From an uncultured Chloroflexota bacterium (lineage in GTDB: Bacteria; Chloroflexota; UBA11872; VXNJ01): a DNA stretch of 44,217 nt. Position numbers and translations under genes: made by a program. How positions within the stretch are numbered: the first letter of the stretch is position 1; every line of letters starts with the position of its first letter. Under the pieces are notes generated by a model, which saw only the letters and a program-made list of their open reading frames with translations, was not told where the DNA came from and did not search any database. The DNA lies in contig CAZVZW010000002.1 of NCBI GenBank assembly GCA_964631365.1, positions 9,849 to 54,065 on the forward strand, written 5' to 3'. Of the stretch, positions 8,475 through 17,202 are shown piece after piece.

Positions 8475-9367
8475 GCGGAGCGGCCGGTCCAGGGCAGCGT
8501 GCGATTGGCCCATTCGACCAGCAGGCAACTGGCGATAAAGATCGACGAATAAGTCCCGATGACCACGCCCACCAGCAGCGCCAGGGTGAACTCGCGGATG
8601 GTCTCGCCGCCGAGCATCAGCAGGGCGGCCAGCACGAAGGCGGCCGTGAGGGACGTATTCAAGGAGCGGTCGAGGGTCTGGTTGAGGCTGTAGTTGACCA
8701 CGTCCGCGAAGTTGGTGTCGCGATGGCGGCGGCGATTCTCGCGGATCCGGTCGAAGACCACGATGGTGTCGTGGACCGAGAAGCCGACCCCGGTCAGGAC
8801 GGCAGTGACAAACATCGAGTCAATCTCGATGCCGGCGACCTTGCCGAGCACCGAGAAGACGCCGATCAGGATCAGCGAGTCGTGGACCAGCGTGGCCACC
8901 GCGGCCACCCCGTAGCGGAAGGACCACTCCACGTTGCGGAAACCCCAGGTGAGGTAGAGCAGGATGGCCGCCGAGGCGACCAGGATGGCCAGGAGGGCCT
9001 TGCGGGTGAGTTCTGCGCCGATAACCGGCCCGACGGTGTTAGAGGACAGCGTCTCGGCGGCGGGGTAGAGCGTGCGCAGGGCATCTTCGATGAGAGTGCG
9101 CTCGGGGATGTCGATTGGTTCGGTGCGGATCAGGACGCTGGTGTCGCCGGCCGACTGCACGAAGGCGTCGCCAAAGCCGGCCGAAGAGACCAGGTTGGCG
9201 ACCGTGTCGGTCGCGGCGGTGGCGCCCAGGTCGACGCGCAGCAACGAGCCGCTAGTGAAGTCGATGCCGAGGTTGAGTCCGAAGATGGCCAGCGAGACGA
9301 TGGCGATCGTCAGCAGCAGCCCGGAGAAGGTGAAATACAGGTTGCGGCGGCCAACGATGTCGAACAT
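8471..9367 (-). CDS. secF: protein translocase subunit SecF
   Basis: Starts MFDIVGRRNLYFTFSGLLL and has six TM segments typical of SecF. ATG 9367 lies 4 nt after the secD stop; the track start 9403 would overlap secD. Confidence 0.9.
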   Translation of the reverse strand: MFDIVGRRNLYFTFSGLLLTIAIVSLAIFGLNLGIDFTSGSLLRVDLGATAATDTVANLVSSAGFGDAFVQSAGDTSVLIRTEPIDIPERTLIEDALRTLYPAAETLSSNTVGPVIGAELTRKALLAILVASAAILLYLTWGFRNVEWSFRYGVAAVATLVHDSLILIGVFSVLGKVAGIEIDSMFVTAVLTGVGFSVHDTIVVFDRIRENRRRHRDTNFADVVNYSLNQTLDRSLNTSLTAAFVLAALLMLGGETIREFTLALLVGVVIGTYSSIFIASCLLVEWANRTLPWTGRSA

Positions 9368-9371
9368 GGCG

Positions 9372-10688
9372 CTAGGCCCGCACGCCGCTGATACGGCCGA
9401 CACCGAACAGGGCGGCGTTGCGCAGACGCGGCCAGCGCACCAGTAACAGCAACATAGTGCGGCTGACGGTGATGGCGGAGAACATGCTTACCAGCACACC
9501 GATGGCCAGCGTGAGGGCGAAGCCCCGGACGATACCGGAGCCGAACTGCCAGAGGACAAAGCAGGTGATGAGCGTTGAGACGTTGGAGTCGCGGATGGAG
9601 TTCCAGGCGCGGCTGAAGCCGATCTGGATGGCGGACGTCAGGGTGAGGCCGCCGCGCAGTTCTTCCTTGCTGCGTTCAAAAATGAGGATGTTGGCATCGA
9701 CCGCCATGCCGACAGACAGGATGAATCCGGCGATGCCGGAAAGGGTGAGCGTCACCGGGATCAGCTTGAAGATCGCCAGCACCAGGGCGGTGTAGAGCGC
9801 CAGGGCGACGGCCGCGACCAGGCCGGGAAGCCGGTAATAGGCGACCATGAAGAGCGTCACGAGAATGGCGCCGACGATCCCGGCGCGGACGCTGCGGTCC
9901 AACGATTCCTGGCCGAGCGTTGGCCCGATGGTGAGGTTCTGCTCGACCCGCAGCGGCACCGGCAGGGCGCCGTAGCGGAGCTGAATGGCGACGTTGCGGG
10001 CCGTAATCGAGGTCAGCGAGCCGCTAATGGAGCCTGATGTGGATATCTGGGCCCGGATGACCGCCGTCTGGATGACCAGGCCGTCGAGGGCGATGGAGAG
10101 GTAGCTGTCGATGTTGTCACCGGTGTACTGAGCGAATCGCTCCGCGGCCTCGGGCTTGATCTGGAACTGGATTTCGGGGCTGCCCAGCTGGTCAAAGCCG
10201 ACCCGGGCGTCTTCCAGGCCGGCGCCGGTGATGACCAGTTCGACGCCCGGGTCGTCGGGACTGGCGATCAGGCCCTCTTCGAGGGGAATGAACCCGCTGC
10301 CCAGGAACTCCAGGCGGCCGGTTTCCTTGAATAGCTTGATGGCCTCGTCGGGATCGCTGACCCCGGGCAGTTCAACGATGATGCGGTCGTTACCTTCGAG
10401 CTGAATCACCGGCTCGGCGACGCCCAGGGCGTTGACCCGGTTCTCGATGATGGTGCGGACCGCCTCCATGGCGCCGTCGCCAATCTCTTTGCCGGGGGCC
10501 AGGTCGGCCTGCAGGACCACGTGCAGGCCGCCCTGCAGGTCTAGGCCGCGCTTGAGTTCGAGTTCGCGCAGATCGCGTTCGCCGAGGCTGAAGGGGAGGC
10601 CGGGAGTGCCGGGGACATCGATGTAGACGGCAAACGCGGTGAGGGTGATTATCAAGCCGAGGATGGTGAAAAGTCGGCGACGCATCAT
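9372..10688 (-). CDS. secD: protein translocase subunit SecD
   Basis: 438 aa starting from MMRRRLFTILGLIITL (ATGATG at 10688). Periplasmic P1 domain followed by six TM segments. The further 303 upstream codons of the 741-aa track ORF are R/P-rich read-through and not coding. Confidence 0.9.
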   Translation of the reverse strand: MMRRRLFTILGLIITLTAFAVYIDVPGTPGLPFSLGERDLRELELKRGLDLQGGLHVVLQADLAPGKEIGDGAMEAVRTIIENRVNALGVAEPVIQLEGNDRIIVELPGVSDPDEAIKLFKETGRLEFLGSGFIPLEEGLIASPDDPGVELVITGAGLEDARVGFDQLGSPEIQFQIKPEAAERFAQYTGDNIDSYLSIALDGLVIQTAVIRAQISTSGSISGSLTSITARNVAIQLRYGALPVPLRVEQNLTIGPTLGQESLDRSVRAGIVGAILVTLFMVAYYRLPGLVAAVALALYTALVLAIFKLIPVTLTLSGIAGFILSVGMAVDANILIFERSKEELRGGLTLTSAIQIGFSRAWNSIRDSNVSTLITCFVLWQFGSGIVRGFALTLAIGVLVSMFSAITVSRTMLLLLVRWPRLRNAALFGVGRISGVRA

Positions 10689-11247
10689 GCTCGGGAAACT
10701 GGCTCCGCTGGGGTGAGAAAACTCGGTGCCAATACTAACCGTGTTGCCGTCGAATGGAGCGGTGCTTCGGTGGGTGGGGACGGTCAGTCCTCGAGTCCAC
10801 GCGGATTTCGGCGCGGGACCGGGCTCTGGTCCGACAATAGAAGCGCAACGGAAACCGGCCCGGAGGTGCGCTTGTGAACAGGCGAGAGACGGCATACTGG
10901 TGGTGCGGCGGGGCGGGGAGCGTTCGTGCTCTTGCTCGCGGTCGCGGTGCTGATCGGGACCGGTTGCGAGCGATATCCGGCCGAAACCGGCGGCAGCACG
11001 CCGCTGGAACCAACCGCGTCGCCAGCGTCTTCCATGATAGAGATTCCGGTAGGGTGGGTGAGGACCTAGGAAGGGTCGATGTCGACGGCGGTTTTCATAC
11101 TGTGTCCATGGAGTAAGTAGGGAATTCCGGTCGGGGATTTTGTTCGCGGCCGGGGCTAGAATGTGCCGGGTCCGTGGCCCGCGGGCGGCGGTGGCGAATG
11201 GTAGCAGTGGGCGTGGATAGCAGCCTAGACGAAGGGCCAGGGAAGCT

Positions 11248-12360
11248 TTGCGAGAACGCATGTCGGCGGCGTCCGGGTTGCTGCCCGGCTTGGCGTTGAC
11301 GGCGACGGTAGCGTGGTTGGGGCTGGCGGCGAGCGGTTGGATCGGCAAGGATCTCCTCGGGTTTGAGAAGAGCCCGGTCTCGGGAATCATGCTGGCGATC
11401 GTGCTGGGAATGGTGGTGGGCAACGTCTTCCGGCTGCCGGCGGTCTTCGCCGGCGGGATCAAGTTCAGCCTGGTCCGCGTACTGCGTCTGGGGATCATCC
11501 TGCTGGGCATCCGTCTGGGGCTCGGTGAGGCGCTGAAGGTGGGAGTGGTGGCGATCCCGCTGATCGTGCTCTGCATCACCGCGGCCGGACTTATCACTTA
11601 CTGGCTCGGCAAGCGCCTAGCGCTGCCTCGCCGGATGAGCGTGTTGATCGCCGTCGGCACCAGTATCTGCGGGACGACGGCCATTGTTGCGACCGCGCCG
11701 GTGATCGGGGCCGAAGATGAAGAAACCGCCTACGCGGTGGCGAATATCACGGTGTTCGGGATTGTGGCGATGCTCTTCTACCCGTACCTGGCGGACGCGC
11801 TGTTTCCCGGCGATGCGGCCAGCGCCGGTCGGTTCCTGGGCACGGCGATCCACGAAACCGCCCAGGTGGCCGGCTCCGGATTGATCCATGGCCAGGTCTT
11901 TGGCGGGGACACCGTGCTGGACGTGGCGACCGTGATCAAGCTGGTGCGCAACCTGTTCATGGTGATTGTGATCCCCTTCCTGGGCTACCTGTACCACCGG
12001 CTGTCTGCGAGCGACAAGGGGTCCGTGGAGGAGGTGGATGTGCTGGGTCTGTTTCCGCTGTTCATCCTGGGTTTCGTGGCGCTGGCGGTAGTGCGGACGG
12101 TCGGGGATGCGACGCTTGAATCGGGCTCGGCCTTTGGGCTGTTCGACGCGGCGGCGTGGGGCGATCTGACCGGCGAGATCAAGCGCTGGGCCGAGCGTTG
12201 CTTGGCGGTGGCAATGGTCGGCGTGGGGTTGGGGATCAGCGTGCGCCAACTCCAAGGGCTGGGTCCGAAACCGTTCTATGTGGGGCTGGGGGCAGCGGTG
12301 TCGGTGGGGGTGGTGAGCCTGCTCGGGATCGCGGGCCTGAACCTGCTGGGGGTGGGCTAG
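11248..12360 (+). CDS. YeiH/UPF0324 family putative sulfate-exporter-type membrane protein
   Basis: 370 aa with about 10-11 TM helices. The GTSICGTTAIVATAP and HETAQVAG motifs are characteristic of the YeiH family. Confidence 0.8.
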   Translation: MRERMSAASGLLPGLALTATVAWLGLAASGWIGKDLLGFEKSPVSGIMLAIVLGMVVGNVFRLPAVFAGGIKFSLVRVLRLGIILLGIRLGLGEALKVGVVAIPLIVLCITAAGLITYWLGKRLALPRRMSVLIAVGTSICGTTAIVATAPVIGAEDEETAYAVANITVFGIVAMLFYPYLADALFPGDAASAGRFLGTAIHETAQVAGSGLIHGQVFGGDTVLDVATVIKLVRNLFMVIVIPFLGYLYHRLSASDKGSVEEVDVLGLFPLFILGFVALAVVRTVGDATLESGSAFGLFDAAAWGDLTGEIKRWAERCLAVAMVGVGLGISVRQLQGLGPKPFYVGLGAAVSVGVVSLLGIAGLNLLGVG

Positions 12361-12437
12361 GGGGTACGGAATTAGAGGTCGCGATGGTGCGATTACGCGG
12401 GATGCCGGTTGAAGTAGAATCTCGCCATGTTTGTCGG

Positions 12438-12578
12438 GTGAACAGTTGCGCGTTGGTGGGCCTCGAAGGGGTGACCGTCGATGTAGAAGTGGATATTTCG
12501 CGCAGACTGGCGGCGTTCAACATCGTCGGCCTGCCGGATGCGGACGTGCAGGAGTCCAAAGAGCGGGTGCGGGCGGCA
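12438..12578 (+). pseudogene. comM: 5' fragment (47 codons) of comM/yifB Mg-chelatase-like ATPase gene
   Basis: From a GTG start it reads VNSCALVGLEGVTVDVEVDISRRLAAFNIVGLPDADVQESKERVRAA, a near-textbook ComM/YifB N-terminus. The expected continuation (I-K/x-N-S-G...) is absent, and the remaining roughly 450 codons are missing. Confidence 0.65.
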
Positions 12579-13047
12579 TCAGGAGATAGCGCAGCCGCTC
12601 CAAATCGTCTAGGGTGGATATCAGGTGCTCCTGAGAACGGGGGACCAGGTAGTCATCCAGAAACGGGACATGGTCTCCGTAGAGCCAATCCTCCGTCTTA
12701 TTCACCCGGGTGCTCAACTCGCCGCCGGGGGTCTCGTACACCTTGCATGATGTGGGATAGAGATCCCCATCCCGGTCTTCCCGCCACTCGTGCACCGCGA
12801 CCTCCGGGTGAAGGCGCACGGGCAGACCCGTGAGGTCGGCGTGATCGGACTGGTCCCGCAGATATCTCGCCGGTATTTCGAGCATCGCATCCAGTCCGAG
12901 TTCCAGTTGCCGTTCAACAAATTCGAACGAGTCCTGACACTCGGCTCGGAGCGCGTCGTAGAGCATGAAGCAGCACGGCACATGGTCCGACTGCTGCCCC
13001 TGAATAGTCCGGAGCGTCCGTTCCCGGGAGGTAAGCGCTGCGGCCAT
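12517..13047 (-). pseudogene. truncated uroporphyrinogen-decarboxylase (URO-D/MtaA-like) family gene
   Basis: ATG 13047 sits behind AGGAG. The product MAAALTSRERTLRTIQGQQSDHVPCC...STLDDLERLRYLL (156 aa) resembles the N-terminal half of URO-D-family proteins. Similarity stops at about 12580. The last 20 codons are antisense to the comM fragment. Confidence 0.45.
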
Positions 13048-13213
13048 GGAGGATCTCCTGTCGGTCCGGCACCCGGGATCGTAGCAGCGCTCCCGTTCAA
13101 ATCCTTCGCGGCTTCGCATTCCTCCCTGCGGGTCGGCCGCAACCAGGCGCTCACCCCGCCGCCACCCCCGCAGCTGCCGCCCTCGCTGGTCCGGCGTCGG
13201 AGCCCACCGACGT

Positions 13214-13240
13214 CCCCGCTCCCACCCCGACCCCCACCCC
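13214..13240 (-). other. G-quadruplex-type motif inside a strongly strand-asymmetric C-rich spacer
   Basis: The minus strand reads GGGGTGGGGGTCGGGGTGGGAGCGGGG, five G3+ runs with loops of 1-3 nt. It sits in the 368-nt gap between the amidohydrolase stop (13416) and the URO-D-like start (13047). Confidence 0.4.
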
Positions 13241-13415
13241 AACGGCCCCTCTCCGGCCTGCCAACAAGCCCACCCAATCCGCCGTCCCAGTCCCCATCCC
13301 CACTCAGGCTCCCGAGACCCCGGCCGGCCTCCTCGCCCGGTTCACCGGACCGCCCGAGCTCGCCACCTCCGTCCTGTCGGCGGGCTCTTCCACGGCGACC
13401 CGCCCCTCGCCCCGC

Positions 13416-14324
13416 CTAGGCGTCCGCCTGATCCTCGTCCCATTCCGGGAAGAACTGCTTCCAGTTCTCATAGATGATCATGTCCTGCATTTCTTTCGGG
13501 ATCGTCGGCAGGCCGGTCCCCGCCACCGGCGCGTTGATGTTGCGCAGCCCGGTGATCACATTGTCGATAGTTCCCGACGGGAAATCCGACGCCAACAGGA
13601 TCTTGTGCATAATCCCGTACTCCATCGCATTGCTCATCGAGTGCCAGTAGCGCCAGGGGCGGTAGTGGACCGCCGAAATGTCGGTCCAGAGATGCGGCGA
13701 CTTCCGGATCAGCGCGATTAGGTCATCCTCCCAGGGGTGGCCCAGGTGGGCGATGACCATGCGCAGGTCGGGGAATTCCATGCAGATGTCTTCCAGCAGC
13801 AGTGGATTCGCCAGTCGCAGTTTTGACCGCGACGGGAACGTCGTCCCCTGGTGCCACATGACCGGCAGGTTATACTTCTGGCAGATTTCGAATACGCCCC
13901 AATACTGGCGGTCGGTAGGGTCGAAATCCTGGTAGACGGGGCCGAGCTTGAGTCCGCGCAGGCCTAGATCCTGAACGCAGCGCTCAAGTTCCTCCAGGTG
14001 TCCCGGTTGAGTCGGATCCACTGCCGCCCAGCCCACCAGTTTCTCCGGGTGCTCGGCCACGTAGTTGGCGATCACGTCGTTGGGCACCCAGAACCCGGTA
14101 GCCTTCGCCTGCATGCCAAAGACCACCACCCGGTCGGCCGTCGCGCTGACTTCCCAGTGGAGTTCCGGCGGTGAGTCGTAGGAATGCAGGTCCAGGCGCC
14201 CCTTGTAGGCCTGCCCGCCCGAGTACTTCAGCTTCACCAGCTTCGAAGCCAGCGCCTCCTGGGCAAACTCCTCGCTCTGGTGATCCGGATACCAGCCCAC
14301 GTGCGTATGCGCATCGACGATCAT
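13416..14324 (-). CDS. amidohydrolase_2 family metal-dependent hydrolase (TIM barrel; LigI/ACMSD-like)
   Basis: 302 aa. MIVDAHTHVG (HxH), AHLGHPW and LASDFP (Asp) motifs. Clear paralog of 22798-23637. Confidence 0.8.
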   Translation of the reverse strand: MIVDAHTHVGWYPDHQSEEFAQEALASKLVKLKYSGGQAYKGRLDLHSYDSPPELHWEVSATADRVVVFGMQAKATGFWVPNDVIANYVAEHPEKLVGWAAVDPTQPGHLEELERCVQDLGLRGLKLGPVYQDFDPTDRQYWGVFEICQKYNLPVMWHQGTTFPSRSKLRLANPLLLEDICMEFPDLRMVIAHLGHPWEDDLIALIRKSPHLWTDISAVHYRPWRYWHSMSNAMEYGIMHKILLASDFPSGTIDNVITGLRNINAPVAGTGLPTIPKEMQDMIIYENWKQFFPEWDEDQADA

Positions 14325-14358
14325 GTTCGGCCCCTATCGCGGTCTTGAATCCATAACA

Positions 14359-15300
14359 TCAGGAGGTTGGTTCAATTCCCAGTTCCAGCGGCATCTCCAG
14401 TCGCAGTGTCAGCGGCATCCCTCCGAAGGCTTGGCCGACCCGCAGGTCGCCGGCGATCGAAATCAACGCCAGCGCGTCGGCCGGCTCCAGCCCCAGGCAC
14501 GTTTCGATGGCGCGCATCATGTTGTCGACCGCCTCCCGCCGCGCCTCCGCGAAGCCCTCCGCGCAGGTCAGCACCATGATGCGGTCGCCCACCTGCACCC
14601 ACGGCCAGGACAGCGCCAACCCGGCCCGCAACCCGGCCTTCACCGTCACCTCCGCCGGGATCTCTAGCCCTACCCCCGAGAGTTCGCCATCGCCCTGGCA
14701 GGCGTGCACATCGCCGATCGACAGCAACGCCTCCGGTACCGCCACCGGCAGGAAGACCCGGCTACCCCGGCGCACCACCTTGTGGTCAAGGTTCCCGCCG
14801 TGGCGACCCGGTAGTCCGGTGATCACCGCTTCTCCAGCCGGTGCCGTTCCGATACAGCCGATCATCGGCTCCACCGGCAGCGCGATCCCATCGCCGTACT
14901 CGACCATTCCATCGACGACCCGACAGGTCCTGCCCAGTGGCCGCGGCACCCGTCCGACCGGAACCGGGCCCACATGCGCATGCCCGCCGCACCATCCCGG
15001 TGACCCCAGTTCAATCTCCAGCACATCCACCACCAGCGCGTCATCTGGCCGGGCACCGTCGATCGCCACCGGTCCGGTCACCGGATTGCCGGCTCCCGGA
15101 GTCGGTTGCGGCAGTTCGTAGACACTGCCGGTGGGCCGGTCCAGCAGTGCCCCGCTACGGGTGTCGCGGGTCGCGAACACGATCGTCGCCGGTGCGGCCA
15201 CGGCCAGTTGCGGCGCGAGCGCCGCGTCATAGGCAAACGCCGATTGGTCCCGGGCCAGGTGCGGCGGCCCGGTTCCCGCCTCCTCGCCGTCAACCGCCAT
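14359..15300 (-). CDS. acetamidase/formamidase family protein
   Basis: 313 aa starting from MAVDGEEAG. GNPVTGPV, GGNLDHK and CQGDGE blocks are typical of FmdA/AmdA. ATG 15300 lies 1 nt after the ATPase stop (TGAtATG). Confidence 0.8.
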   Translation of the reverse strand: MAVDGEEAGTGPPHLARDQSAFAYDAALAPQLAVAAPATIVFATRDTRSGALLDRPTGSVYELPQPTPGAGNPVTGPVAIDGARPDDALVVDVLEIELGSPGWCGGHAHVGPVPVGRVPRPLGRTCRVVDGMVEYGDGIALPVEPMIGCIGTAPAGEAVITGLPGRHGGNLDHKVVRRGSRVFLPVAVPEALLSIGDVHACQGDGELSGVGLEIPAEVTVKAGLRAGLALSWPWVQVGDRIMVLTCAEGFAEARREAVDNMMRAIETCLGLEPADALALISIAGDLRVGQAFGGMPLTLRLEMPLELGIEPTS

Positions 15301-15301
15301 A

Positions 15302-16411
15302 TCATTCACTCGAAAGATCTTCCTCAATTGCAAATGCGGCATCGATCGGCCAGTACAGCGTTACCGGCTTGCCAGCAGCAAGATCTTCCCGCTGTCCGGA
15401 ACTCACCAGCTGGGCCACTATCTGCCCCACGCTCGTCTCCACCAGGTACTGCGTCGTCGGCCCCAGGTAGATCTGGTTCGCGACCACTCCGTTCAGGCGC
15501 GCGTCGTCATCACGGCTGTCCCCGGCCGCCACAATCTCAATCCGTTCCGGCCGCACCGCCGCATGCACGGTATCGCCGGTGGCCGGTCGCGGGGCGATCT
15601 GCATCGGGATCACATCGCTGGCGTTCGGCCGCATCACCGCCACATCGCCGTCCAGTTCGTCCACCCGGAAATCAAACGCATTCAGCGTCCCCACGAAATC
15701 GGCCACGAACGCCGTCGAAGGTCGTTCGTAGATTTCGCGCGCCGTGCCCACCTGCAGCAGGCGGCCATCGTTCATGATGCCGATGCGATCGGACATCAAC
15801 AACGCCTCTTCCTGGTCGTGGGTGACGTACACGAACGTCGTCCCCAGCTCGTTCTGCATCGACTTGAGTTCGAGCTGCATGTGTTTTCTGAGTTTCACGT
15901 CCAGCGCGCTCAGCGGCTCATCCAGCAGCAGCACCATCGGGCGATTCACCAGTGCCCGCGCCAGGGCCACCCGCTGCTGCTGCCCACCGGAAAGCTGGTC
16001 CGCGCCGCGATTCTCCAGCCCGCCCACTCCGACCGTCTCCAGCATCTCGGAAACCCGCCCGGCGATCTCCTCCTTCGGCGTCTTCCTCACCTTCAACCCG
16101 TAGGCGACGTTGTCAAACACCGACATGTGTGGAAACAGCTCGTAGTTTTGGAAGACCATGTTCACCGGGCGCTTGTTGGGCGCCACATGAGTTACGTCCT
16201 CGCCACGCAAGTGGATGCTGCCCGAGTCCGGATACTCGAATCCCGCCAGCATGCGCAGCGTCGTCGTCTTTCCGCAGCCGCTCGGACCCAGGAGCGAGAA
16301 AAACTCTCCTTCGCGAATCTCCAGCTGCGCGTCAATGACCGCGCGGACGCTTCCAAAGCTCTTCGACACACCCTGCAGGTGGATGGCCACCTCCGTATTG
16401 CTATCGCTCAT
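15302..16411 (-). CDS. ABC transporter ATP-binding protein (PotA-like)
   Basis: Walker A GPSGCGKTT, signature LSGGQQQRVALARAL, Walker B LLLDEPLSALD, and a C-terminal TOBE-like domain. Confidence 0.9.
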   Translation of the reverse strand: MSDSNTEVAIHLQGVSKSFGSVRAVIDAQLEIREGEFFSLLGPSGCGKTTTLRMLAGFEYPDSGSIHLRGEDVTHVAPNKRPVNMVFQNYELFPHMSVFDNVAYGLKVRKTPKEEIAGRVSEMLETVGVGGLENRGADQLSGGQQQRVALARALVNRPMVLLLDEPLSALDVKLRKHMQLELKSMQNELGTTFVYVTHDQEEALLMSDRIGIMNDGRLLQVGTAREIYERPSTAFVADFVGTLNAFDFRVDELDGDVAVMRPNASDVIPMQIAPRPATGDTVHAAVRPERIEIVAAGDSRDDDARLNGVVANQIYLGPTTQYLVETSVGQIVAQLVSSGQREDLAAGKPVTLYWPIDAAFAIEEDLSSE

Positions 16412-17202
16412 TCGACCTCCTGGGTCATCCGGCGGGCAGCGAGAAACGCGAGGCCGGTGGTGGCGACCAGCAGGATCGCGCCGATGGCGTTCAGTGTCGG
16501 GTCGATGCCCTGGTTGATCCGTCCATACATCAGTAGAGGAAGGGTCTTCTCCTGGCCGGCGGTGAAGAAAGCGATTATGAACTCGTCAACCGAGATGGCC
16601 ATCGCCAGCATCATCGCCCCGATCACTGCCGGAAGGACAATCGGCAGCGTAATCGTGTAGAACGCTCTGAACCGGCCGGCCCCCAGATCGTAAGCGGCCT
16701 CCAGCAGGGAGAACCGAAAGCGGTCGAGTGCTGCGCCTATGACCAGGAACACAAATGGCAGAGCAACGACGACGTGACCGGCGATGGTCGCCCAGAGCGA
16801 GAAGCCGACATCAAGAGCGTGATACAAGACGGCCAGGCCGATGGAGTAGAGCAGCAACGGAAATGTTAGCGGCACCAGCGCGATTAGCAGTATGGTGCTC
16901 CGCGCCCGCCGGCCCAGGCGTGTCAGTCCCAGCGCCGCCATCAACCCCAATACGCCCGTCACCAGTCCGGTCGTGACCGCCGCGATCGCCGTTCGAACGA
17001 AGGCTCGCATCACCAGCACATCATTGAATATCTCGTCGTACCAACGCAGCGACAAGCCCTCGAACGGAAGGCTCATACGCGGGACCTGGTGAAACGAGAA
17101 TGTCACCATGATCAGGAGCGGCGTGAACAGGAAGAAGAGGATGATGCCAACATAGATGGCCGCGCCGACCGGTTTCCTACTGTGCCGCAACCGGGTAATC
17201 AT
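16408..17202 (-). CDS. ABC transporter permease (PotC-like)
   Basis: 264 aa, six TM helices, EAA loop (LLEAAYDLGAGRFRAFYTITLP). Overlaps both neighbouring genes by 4 nt. Confidence 0.85.
   Translation of the reverse strand: MITRLRHSRKPVGAAIYVGIILFFLFTPLLIMVTFSFHQVPRMSLPFEGLSLRWYDEIFNDVLVMRAFVRTAIAAVTTGLVTGVLGLMAALGLTRLGRRARSTILLIALVPLTFPLLLYSIGLAVLYHALDVGFSLWATIAGHVVVALPFVFLVIGAALDRFRFSLLEAAYDLGAGRFRAFYTITLPIVLPAVIGAMMLAMAISVDEFIIAFFTAGQEKTLPLLMYGRINQGIDPTLNAIGAILLVATTGLAFLAARRMTQEVE

Noticed and set aside
10689-11597. N-terminal 303-codon extension of the SecD ORF (the track ORF is 741 aa).
   Set aside because: The extension is R/P/S-rich and crosses the divergent promoter region and the start of the YeiH-family gene. 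SecD homology begins at MMRRRLFTILG (ATG 10688), which has a normal signal-anchor.
12156-12833. 225-aa plus-strand ORF spanning the YeiH 3' end, the comM fragment and the antisense of the URO-D-like gene.
   Set aside because: It is a composite frame. Only codons 12438-12578 have ComM-like sequence. The remainder is Gly/Arg/Pro-rich read-through.
12790-13419. 209-aa Pro-rich plus-strand ORF, and the Gly-rich minus-strand ORF 12714-13277, across the C-rich spacer.
   Set aside because: These are low-complexity translations of a strand-asymmetric C/G tract with no domain-like features. I treated the region as non-coding spacer (see the G-quadruplex finding).
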